Shown one piece after another: positions 17,153 through 25,154 of a DNA stretch of 64,000 nucleotides. Made by a program: the position numbers and the translations under genes. Location: positions 124,001 to 188,000 of the IMG/VR virus record IMGVR_UViG_3300044646_001937, one strand, 5' to 3'. The notes beneath the pieces are model-generated. The model did no database searches. It was not told the DNA's origin and saw only the letters and a program-made list of their open reading frames with translations. Position 1 is the stretch's first letter; each line of letters opens with the position of its first letter.

Positions 17153-17851
17153 ATGAATACAGATAACACACAAGATTGTACAAATGATATAGGTTACGTA
17201 ACAGCATACGACAGGGAAGTTTACGCTAAAGATGAACGCGTAATGGTACTGACCCCATGGACAGTGCAAAACATTTGCTACGAAGTAATTAAAAACTATA
17301 TGATTGAAAACCCTCCCCAAGATGAAGGGTATAAATTTGCTCAAAAATATAGTCCTGATGATCTAGAGTCAGGAATATCTCTAGAGATAGCATATCATTA
17401 TAAAGATGCTGTAGTTCAAAAACGCCCTGGCATATACGTATCCAGAGGCGAAACCAATTTTGTATTTCCAACAATAAATCAGCTCATAGGTATAAACACA
17501 GCAGAATCAGAAAAGCAAAGATTTGCGATGCTTCAGATGCCTATAAATATTGCTGTAGTAGCTACAAACGTAGGTTTTGCAGAACAGTTGGCAGAGTATG
17601 TATTTAAAATTTTCCTAAGATATCAGGAGGTTATTAAACAGGACTTTTGCATTCGTCAATTTAAGCTGGCATCGCTAGGCGCTCCTCAGTTATACTTGGA
17701 AAGTAAAGATCATATCTTTGTAAACGTTACGCTTTTAGCTACATTTGATATGGGCGCATTGATTAAAGGAGATGATCTCAAGATTAAAACAATGTCTTAT
17801 GCGATTTTTACAAGCTGTGTAGATCAACCACTATCAACTAATCTTTTGTAG
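17153..17851 (+). CDS. Putative tail completion/terminator protein
   Basis: Directly upstream of the sheath. RPGIYVSRG..INIAVVA..AEQLAEYV is typical of tail terminators. Confidence 0.5.
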   Translation: MNTDNTQDCTNDIGYVTAYDREVYAKDERVMVLTPWTVQNICYEVIKNYMIENPPQDEGYKFAQKYSPDDLESGISLEIAYHYKDAVVQKRPGIYVSRGETNFVFPTINQLIGINTAESEKQRFAMLQMPINIAVVATNVGFAEQLAEYVFKIFLRYQEVIKQDFCIRQFKLASLGAPQLYLESKDHIFVNVTLLATFDMGALIKGDDLKIKTMSYAIFTSCVDQPLSTNLL

Positions 17852-17870
17852 TAAATTGTTTCAAAAATTA

Positions 17871-17899
17871 TTGCATTACCCCTCAGTTTCAACTAAACT
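17871..17899 (+). promoter_or_regulatory. sigma70-type promoter TTGCAT-N17-TAAACT for the sheath gene
   Basis: Intergenic, with a 17-nt spacer. Confidence 0.6.
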
Positions 17900-17943
17900 T
17901 AAACTAGTATAAATAAACATATACCGGAGAAATAACTAAACAT

Positions 17944-20769
17944 ATGTACATCACACCTAGAGTATTAATTCAGCAAGAATTCCTGCAGCTACCTGTCTAC
18001 AGTGAATTTCCATTACCTGCTTTCATCATCGGTCCTAACTATTCGCTGCTACGCTACAGCGAACCCAATGAAAAGAACCACACCGCAGCAACTACTAAAG
18101 ACGGCGTGTTACTGGCTACCGAAAACAATTATATTGCTGATGCAGATACTAGCTATGATTTTCCTAATGTTCCTGCAGGCGGAAACATAGACCCTACATA
18201 CACGAAAGTGTATGCTGAGTCTGTTGAAGCGCAATATTTCCCACTACTGTCTTTAGGTAGTGATTCGGGAGACGCCAATGTTGAGTTAGTACCCAGCGTT
18301 TCTGGCGGATACTACAGGAACAAGGTCAGGTTCACTAATCTTGTTATGAAGACCGCAAATAACTACGTCCGTAGCGAATTACTCTCAAATAGAGACGTTG
18401 CGGTGGGTGATGTTATCGAAATTTCCGATCTTGATAATCCTGGAGACACAGCATCTGTCGTACGTGCAAAGATCAAAGCTATTGAACCTGAAACGTACAT
18501 TATTAATGAAGATCTTGCCTCTTATGTCGAAGACATTTACAACAACGAATCTAATACAGCTAACCAGAGCCAAGACTATGGGCTTTCTGGATCTGCCACT
18601 GGCGTTACAGTAGACGTGAACGAAGACTTTGCATATATCGGATATGCAGGGAGAAAGATTGTTACAGATACCTACACAGTCACAGTAACTGTAGGCGGAA
18701 GTCTTACTGCAGCAAGGTTCTCGATTTCTTCAGATAATGGGGCATTTAAAACAAAGACCAATGTAGCATTATCTGCAGGCGTTCTCACGCTAGACGACGC
18801 TTCAGGCAATAATGTTAAACTTGAGTTTTCACTCGCAGAAGGAGTGACATTCACAGCCGCCACAGTGTGGACTTTGAACGTTGAAGCTGCAGTTACACAA
18901 GTCACTCCTACCGTTACAGGCACATACTCCGGAGAAGCAGACATAGTCTACACCCTCACGGTGGAGCGTGGTGGCGCATTCTATGATGGAACTAACTCTA
19001 CAACCTGCGCTAGGATTTTGGTTAAATCTTCTATCGTAGACACCGCCTCGTTAACTTTACCCAGGAAGGCTACACCTGTATTCCAATTGGGAGGCCTAGG
19101 CTTGTCGGCAGTGTTTTCTGCAGGTAGTGTTGGTGTCGGTACGGATTATGAAGGTCTTGTGGCAGGCGATGTGTACTATGTATCAGTTGTTGCAGCTAAG
19201 CACGGCGCAGTCACTATTGTGGAATTTGCTGAAACGTTACCTGATTCTTTATTTGACGCAGCAAATAAAACAGCCTCATTATTCTTGACTCAAAACTCAA
19301 TACAATTGAATGAAGTTAAGAACACACTAACAGACACCAGAAACTGGACACAGGACGAAGCTTACGTGACAGTAAACTCAGGCGCAACCACATCAGTCAG
19401 CTCTATTATCGTTGCAGGATCTCCTGCAGAATTACCTATCAAGAAAGCAAAATTGTTCATTGAATATAGAGCCTTGTTGCAAAACAATATTGTGGCAATT
19501 GACTCTGTGCGTAGTCAAGCAGATGTCCTTGCCAAACTTGGCACAATTCACCCTGACAACCCTCTTGCTCAGGGTGTAAATGACGCTGTCTTAAACGCAG
19601 CCAATCAGCTAGTGTACTTCATTGGTGTAGCTACAGATGATCTGGCTGGCTACCTAAACGCAATCAAAATCTCTGAAAAGAGCGACAAGGTTTACGGGTT
19701 TGTGCCACTTACCTTCGATCGCACAATTCAGGACGCTGTGGTTGCACACGTCAACGCATACAGCACTAGAGAAGTTGGACGCTGGAGAGTTGCATGGCTT
19801 TCCGTACAGGACAATAAAGAGCGCATGATCTATGATAGCGCCGAATACACCGCCACAGTTACCAACGACTTGCTCGGCAGAACAAGATTACTGACAATCG
19901 AAAATGCCAAGTTTATTGAGGATGGGGTACGCGCAAACGACTCAATCCGCATTAATTTTAGCGCTACATCGGACGGCAAGTTAACCTATGATGAGTATAT
20001 TGTTGACAGTGTACAGACCAATACTACACTGTTGTTGACCCATTCATTACCATATGCAATTACACCGAGCGGTGGAGCAAAAGTTCAGGTTGTAAGAAAC
20101 TACACCAAGAGTGAGCGTGCCTACAACCTAGCTAAGATAGGTGGAGACTATAACAATAGACGCGTTCGTTGCGTATTCCCTGATACCTTTAAGTATAAGG
20201 GCGTTACGAAGCAAGGCTATTTCGCCGCTGCAGGCTTGGCAGGTCTCAGGTCTGGTGTTGTTCCTCACCAGGGCTTAACCAACTCCGAATATCTCGGAGC
20301 AGACGACCTTAGCAAGGTTGTTATTGATTTCTCTCAGGATGAGCTGAATGTTATGGCTGAGCAGGGTATCTGGATCATTACACAGGAAGTTATTGGCTCA
20401 ACTCCATATGTGAGGCATCAATTGACCACTGATGAGCGCAGCTTGAACACGTCGGAAGACTCTATCACTACGAACGTAGATAGTATTAGCTACGCTCTCA
20501 AGAAAGTCTTGTCACCGTTTATCGGTAGGTTCAATATTAATCCTGATAACGTGGCTGTTATTAGAGCTGCCGTCGTGGCAGAACTTACATTTAGGTCATC
20601 CAACACATACACTGCCCGCGCAGGAAACCAGTTGGTGTCATTCACTCCAGCAACCGACATCATCAAGCTTGAAGCAAATCCAACATTCAAGGACATGATT
20701 GATATTGAAGTGCGCTTGAATGTGCCTTACCCAATCAACTACATTAACCTGAAATTGATTGTTGGCTAA
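17944..20769 (+). CDS. Contractile tail sheath protein (941 aa)
   Basis: N-terminal YITPRVLIQQ..PAFIIG. C-terminal AAAGLAG..LTN, VRHQLTT, and IDIEVRLNVPYPINYINLKL, typical of sheath C-termini. Confidence 0.85.
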   Translation: MYITPRVLIQQEFLQLPVYSEFPLPAFIIGPNYSLLRYSEPNEKNHTAATTKDGVLLATENNYIADADTSYDFPNVPAGGNIDPTYTKVYAESVEAQYFPLLSLGSDSGDANVELVPSVSGGYYRNKVRFTNLVMKTANNYVRSELLSNRDVAVGDVIEISDLDNPGDTASVVRAKIKAIEPETYIINEDLASYVEDIYNNESNTANQSQDYGLSGSATGVTVDVNEDFAYIGYAGRKIVTDTYTVTVTVGGSLTAARFSISSDNGAFKTKTNVALSAGVLTLDDASGNNVKLEFSLAEGVTFTAATVWTLNVEAAVTQVTPTVTGTYSGEADIVYTLTVERGGAFYDGTNSTTCARILVKSSIVDTASLTLPRKATPVFQLGGLGLSAVFSAGSVGVGTDYEGLVAGDVYYVSVVAAKHGAVTIVEFAETLPDSLFDAANKTASLFLTQNSIQLNEVKNTLTDTRNWTQDEAYVTVNSGATTSVSSIIVAGSPAELPIKKAKLFIEYRALLQNNIVAIDSVRSQADVLAKLGTIHPDNPLAQGVNDAVLNAANQLVYFIGVATDDLAGYLNAIKISEKSDKVYGFVPLTFDRTIQDAVVAHVNAYSTREVGRWRVAWLSVQDNKERMIYDSAEYTATVTNDLLGRTRLLTIENAKFIEDGVRANDSIRINFSATSDGKLTYDEYIVDSVQTNTTLLLTHSLPYAITPSGGAKVQVVRNYTKSERAYNLAKIGGDYNNRRVRCVFPDTFKYKGVTKQGYFAAAGLAGLRSGVVPHQGLTNSEYLGADDLSKVVIDFSQDELNVMAEQGIWIITQEVIGSTPYVRHQLTTDERSLNTSEDSITTNVDSISYALKKVLSPFIGRFNINPDNVAVIRAAVVAELTFRSSNTYTARAGNQLVSFTPATDIIKLEANPTFKDMIDIEVRLNVPYPINYINLKLIVG

Positions 20770-20775
20770 CCTATC

Positions 20776-21015
20776 ATGACTTCGTTTGAAGTAGGATTCA
20801 TTAAATACGCTGAAGAATGTGGGTTATCCAATGAAAGGATAGCCCACATTCTTAAAAGAGCCGCAGATTATCCTGAAGTATCCAGCTTATTCAAACAACT
20901 TCCAGAAGCAGAAGAAGAATCTCCAGAGCATCTCGACGATATGAATAATCTTATGCAGCAGGATTTAATCGACAGACAAATGCTTGAAGACGCACAAAAA
21001 CTGAAAATGCAATGA
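20776..21015 (+). CDS. Small acidic protein carrying the head leader module
   Basis: MTSFEVGFIKYAEECGLSNERIAHILKRA matches the module in ORFs 10687 and 13327. Confidence 0.6.
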   Translation: MTSFEVGFIKYAEECGLSNERIAHILKRAADYPEVSSLFKQLPEAEEESPEHLDDMNNLMQQDLIDRQMLEDAQKLKMQ

Positions 21016-21215
21016 AAGTTGTAGTAACAGGAGATTTTAGAGAACCTACATTATTAAATACAGATAAAGCTACAGGTGTACTAATATATTCTGATGACGG
21101 TAGACCTAACGTAATATTCAGGATGATTGGTAACGGTAAAGGATGGATCAGATACACTAAAGGAGAAGATGCAAATTTTGATGAAATTGCACAATCTCTA
21201 GGCCTCATAAAATAA
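21012..21215 (+). CDS. Hypothetical protein (67 aa)
   Basis: ATGA overlap with the upstream gene. Confidence 0.6.
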   Translation: MKVVVTGDFREPTLLNTDKATGVLIYSDDGRPNVIFRMIGNGKGWIRYTKGEDANFDEIAQSLGLIK

Positions 21216-21227
21216 GACAATCAACGC

Positions 21228-21256
21228 TTGCGATAACTCTACAAATTAGCTATAAT
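21228..21256 (+). promoter_or_regulatory. sigma70-type promoter TTGCGA-N17-TATAAT for the tail tube
   Basis: Perfect -10 box with a 17-nt spacer. Confidence 0.7.
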
Positions 21257-21285
21257 AATAACAGAAACAATTAACTTAAAAATAT

Positions 21286-21708
21286 ATGGCAGACTTATTT
21301 CAATTTGAAACACCAGCAGCAAGAGCTCCATTAACAGCCGACAAGGCCACCATCCAGTGGGGTGGAGTTATTGCAGGCGCGATTCAGGTAAGCATCACCT
21401 ATGCACAGCAGATTAACCGTCGCCGCACAATTGGCAACAAGTCCGCAGCAATCTGGGGATCCCAGCCCAGCGGACAGGTTAACATCCAAAGACTTCTAAC
21501 CTCCGACGCTGGAGCACTCACCAGCGCCCCAGGCTGGAGCGGCTGTAACCCAGGCACAGTAACCCTGTCACTTGGCGGATGCGCTGGCGGAGGCCCAACC
21601 TACACAGCTACCAGTGCAGTTGTTTCTCAATTCTCAGTGTCCGCTGAAGCAGAAAGCCTCACAGTCATGGACAATGTGGTGATCGAGTTCATGCAGTTGT
21701 CTGCTTAA
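21286..21708 (+). CDS. Tail tube protein
   Basis: 140-aa beta-rich protein near the sheath, with its own promoter, a downstream hairpin and C-ending codon bias. C-terminal VMDNVVIEF. Confidence 0.7.
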   Translation: MADLFQFETPAARAPLTADKATIQWGGVIAGAIQVSITYAQQINRRRTIGNKSAAIWGSQPSGQVNIQRLLTSDAGALTSAPGWSGCNPGTVTLSLGGCAGGGPTYTATSAVVSQFSVSAEAESLTVMDNVVIEFMQLSA

Positions 21709-21729
21709 TTATATTAAACTGCTTGCTTA

Positions 21730-21768
21730 TTTGAGCCTCTGTCTTATATATTAAGGCAGAGGCTCAAA
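21730..21768 (+). terminator. 17-bp RNA hairpin after the tube gene (terminator, stabiliser or processing site)
   Basis: TTTGAGCCTCTGTCTTA-tatat-TAAGGCAGAGGCTCAAA, with one U.G pair and no clear U tail. Confidence 0.6.
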
Positions 21769-21802
21769 CTATTTATGCTGTGAGCTATAAAATAAAACAC
21801 AC

Positions 21803-24298
21803 ATGAGTATCAGGCAAAACCCATTACCTTCAGATCATCCAAATTTTAATACTCCGTCTAAAGTATTTGTAGGTGAAATCATTACATCATGCTCAGGCTC
21901 GCACGCCATCACAGTAGCAAGATCTAAGCACGGCGGAGCAAAATCAGCCGACGGCGGATACATGATGCAGGGAACATTGGCCACGTCAGTAATGGCTTCT
22001 ATATTTGGATTTAGAGAGTCAGCACCTCCACAACCAGGAACACAGGTTGTATGCTTAGAAGAGTCTGCAAGTCATTGCTATATTTTAGGTATGCTACCCA
22101 AGCAAAACCCCAACCTGGACAATATGCCCAATAGGGCCGCTCTTGGGGCAGGTAACGCCCTAGAAGACAGCGCCAATAGGAAGGGACATGAAAAATATAC
22201 ACCAAGGATATATGACAACAGAAGACCTACAGACGCGGTAGATGGTGAGCATGTTGTCAGTAATGAGTTTGGGGTTTTGCTTGGGCTGTATCAGCAGTTA
22301 GCTAATCTGAAAGCATCAGAGCTAGCGCAAGTGCAGTGCTTCCTTTTGGATGATCTTGTGCGTGTGATCAGTCATAATTTTCAACACTATACAGCTCTTG
22401 GCGAATATAATATATATCATGACGGTAAAGCATTAATGGCCGAATTTGGAGCCACACACAAGACCTCAGAAGCATATGGAAAACCCGCTGTAAACTCAGA
22501 CTCCTCTTCTGCAACATTCACGAAAACAGGAACGCATACTGCAGATGATGAAAATGACTTTTATAAAATCTCAGGAGATGAGCGAATAAAAGCAATTGAG
22601 CGCTTTAAATGGTTTCTTGGTACTGTGGGAGATTTTTTGCATGTATTCATGGTTAGACCTGATCCGCAAGAATCAAGAGTTTTAGATCCGACTAAAAAAC
22701 CAAACAAACCAGACACAGGGTTATGTGATTTGCATATAGGTACTGACGGAGGACTGCATTTACGTAGTGTAAAAGAAGTATTTATTGAAAAAACTAATTG
22801 GATTAGGGTACCGCTGAGAGTGGCTGCTCCGGATGATGAAGCTGGAGACGACGCAGCTAAAATAAAGTATAAAGAGAAAGAGCTTTTTAAGTTTGATAAT
22901 GAAATTATTGCAACACATAACCCTATTAGGTACGCGTTACAGATAAGGGACTATGTAGCTTATGTAAACGAGAAGCTTAATTATGAGAATTTTAAAAAAC
23001 ATGAAAAAGATTTTTATGTAAACGATGAATTAAGCAAAGAAGAAGCACTTAATAGGATAGGTAAAGTAGATCAAGAAACTTCTCTTAAGCTGAGCGATTA
23101 TAAACTTAGAACTGCTGGAATATATCTAATGCCAAATGGAGGCATAACAATTAGAGATGCATGGAATTCAGCAATAATTATGGAGGGTGGTAACGTTTAT
23201 ATACAGCCAGCAAAAGATCTTATAACTCAACCTTTAAGAAGTATGGTTGTAAAGGCAGGCAAAAACATAAACATGTCTTGCCGCAAACATATAGATCTCT
23301 CCTCAAGCGATGAAGGAATGAGAATCAAGACACACAAGTCTCAATATCTATATAGTCATGAAGGAGGCGTTATTCTTGAAGCAAATGCTGAAAAAGACGT
23401 AGCCTATGCGCCTATACCCTCAAAAGGCGCCTTACAGCAAGTTGGAGGAATCGTACTTAAATCTAGTTTGGGTATATACAACTATGCTGAAAAAAACATA
23501 GTGAACTTTGCTAAAGGAAAAATGCTGCTCCAGTCCTTAGACAATATGGATATCACTGCAGGTTTTGAGGATGATAAAGCCAACAAAACCGCTAATAAGC
23601 CCATCAAACCCAAAAAAAATAACTCTAAGGAATCTTTAGCTACAGACAAAAAAGATGAATCTTCAACTACAAACAAAAAAGCCGCAACTCGAAAAAAACA
23701 AGCAAGCATCACAGTATATAGCCAGAACAATATGACAGTTCTGGCGGACAAGTCTATGCTCCTACACTCAAAGGAATTAGCCACCATGGTATCAGACAAG
23801 CAAATGATATTGGCCGGCGCAGCCGCAACACTGCTTGGAGAGAAAGGCGATTCAATTTCTACTGAAGGCGTTATAGAAACTGAAAAGATGGTAAAAGATA
23901 TATTTAAAAAACCAAGAGAGATTAAAAAAGAATTACTCAAACAAACAGTATTTGAAAAAGCCACTAATTTTGAAGCACTAGAGTTTAAGTTTCTTAACTC
24001 TAAAGAATACGGTAGTGACATAGACAAAGAAAAAGACCCGTTTCCTATTACATTAGCGCAGCAGGATAATTTGTTGACAAACTTATATAAACTAGAAGAA
24101 TGGAAAGAGGAAAAGATTAACGAGTCATATCCGTATCCTGGTAAAGATTTGTTTGAAAAGTTTTATTATATTACTCAAAAACCTAACAATTTACAGAAGC
24201 ATCCCATTGATAAAGATTCACATAGTAAAGCAGACCCGCAGAATATTCCCGCAACTATAACCCTGACATCACTAAGCAAATACAAAGTATTAAAATAA
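21803..24298 (+). CDS. Baseplate spike/hub protein, gp5/VgrG-like
   Basis: OB-fold-like PPQPGTQVVCL near the N-terminus. Short periodic beta-helix-like repeats (GGITIRD..IIMEGGNVYIQPAKDL..VKAGKNINMS). Confidence 0.6.
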   Translation: MSIRQNPLPSDHPNFNTPSKVFVGEIITSCSGSHAITVARSKHGGAKSADGGYMMQGTLATSVMASIFGFRESAPPQPGTQVVCLEESASHCYILGMLPKQNPNLDNMPNRAALGAGNALEDSANRKGHEKYTPRIYDNRRPTDAVDGEHVVSNEFGVLLGLYQQLANLKASELAQVQCFLLDDLVRVISHNFQHYTALGEYNIYHDGKALMAEFGATHKTSEAYGKPAVNSDSSSATFTKTGTHTADDENDFYKISGDERIKAIERFKWFLGTVGDFLHVFMVRPDPQESRVLDPTKKPNKPDTGLCDLHIGTDGGLHLRSVKEVFIEKTNWIRVPLRVAAPDDEAGDDAAKIKYKEKELFKFDNEIIATHNPIRYALQIRDYVAYVNEKLNYENFKKHEKDFYVNDELSKEEALNRIGKVDQETSLKLSDYKLRTAGIYLMPNGGITIRDAWNSAIIMEGGNVYIQPAKDLITQPLRSMVVKAGKNINMSCRKHIDLSSSDEGMRIKTHKSQYLYSHEGGVILEANAEKDVAYAPIPSKGALQQVGGIVLKSSLGIYNYAEKNIVNFAKGKMLLQSLDNMDITAGFEDDKANKTANKPIKPKKNNSKESLATDKKDESSTTNKKAATRKKQASITVYSQNNMTVLADKSMLLHSKELATMVSDKQMILAGAAATLLGEKGDSISTEGVIETEKMVKDIFKKPREIKKELLKQTVFEKATNFEALEFKFLNSKEYGSDIDKEKDPFPITLAQQDNLLTNLYKLEEWKEEKINESYPYPGKDLFEKFYYITQKPNNLQKHPIDKDSHSKADPQNIPATITLTSLSKYKVLK

Positions 24299-24303
24299 AT
24301 TAT

Positions 24304-24819
24304 ATGGAACCTCCACAACCCTTCAACACGTCAATTGAAATGAATAACGAAAAGCCTAAAAATTTGGAAATTACAGATAAAGAAAAAGAGCGGTTTTTCA
24401 AAAGTATTCTAGCCGATAAGCCCCACGAAGAAACTGTAACTTTGTTTGACAATAAATTAAGTGTAACCTTCAGATCGCTTACCGTCCAAGAAAACACTGA
24501 CGTCGTTAATCAAATTATTAGAGATAAGGAAAACGGCATCGCTGTAGACAACGATACATATTACATAACCATATCAGTATATCGTTTGGCACTATCCATG
24601 GTATCTGTAGACGGCAACACCTTTAGTTCAATAGTTAAGGAAGGGTTTTCGCCATCGTTTGAAAAAGATACGTATGTACTAGCTAGGTCTAGACCAATTC
24701 TTGCCTGGGGTACTCCAAAACTATCGGTGTTTCTTGATGCGTTTCAAACATTTGAAAACAAAGCAATCAAGCTAGCCAGCGAGGTTCAAAACGCAAATTT
24801 TTGGAAAGCCAGCACGTAA
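24304..24819 (+). CDS. Tail assembly chaperone (gpG-like)
   Basis: Upstream of the tape measure. Contains VTFRSLT and ends in a slippery site overlapping the next frame. Confidence 0.7.
   Translation: MEPPQPFNTSIEMNNEKPKNLEITDKEKERFFKSILADKPHEETVTLFDNKLSVTFRSLTVQENTDVVNQIIRDKENGIAVDNDTYYITISVYRLALSMVSVDGNTFSSIVKEGFSPSFEKDTYVLARSRPILAWGTPKLSVFLDAFQTFENKAIKLASEVQNANFWKAST
24795..24801 (+). other. -1 ribosomal frameshift heptamer A_AAT_TTT
   Basis: Fits X_XXY_YYZ in the frame of ORF 24304. A -1 shift enters ORF 24801, which has only a TTG start. Confidence 0.75.
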
Positions 24820-25151
24820 AATTGCTAACTTCAGGCTATTTACGTGGCTGGCTTAATTTTGACTACATGCTTCCTTCGTCAAGACTGAGGGAAGAAATCA
24901 TCCTAGCGCATCTACAGGATGAGTATATCTATGAACTGTTGAAGAGTAGGCTTTTCATAGAGACAGTATTGAGGGCTACCTTGGACCAGCGTACATCCTC
25001 AACGCTTGATCCTATATTTGAAGTATCTAGGCAGTTGATTGGATTAAAATTGCCTTCAGCTCTTCCAAAAGATACAATAAAAGAAGAAAAGTTATCAAAA
25101 AATGACCTTAAAGAATGGAAAGAGTTTCTAGATAAAGTAAACAAGAAGTAG
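24801..25151 (+). CDS. Tail assembly chaperone, frameshifted C-terminal part (gpT-like)
   Basis: In the -1 frame relative to 24304, and directly precedes the tape measure. Confidence 0.7.
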   Translation: MESQHVKLLTSGYLRGWLNFDYMLPSSRLREEIILAHLQDEYIYELLKSRLFIETVLRATLDQRTSSTLDPIFEVSRQLIGLKLPSALPKDTIKEEKLSKNDLKEWKEFLDKVNKK

Positions 25152-25154
25152 TAT

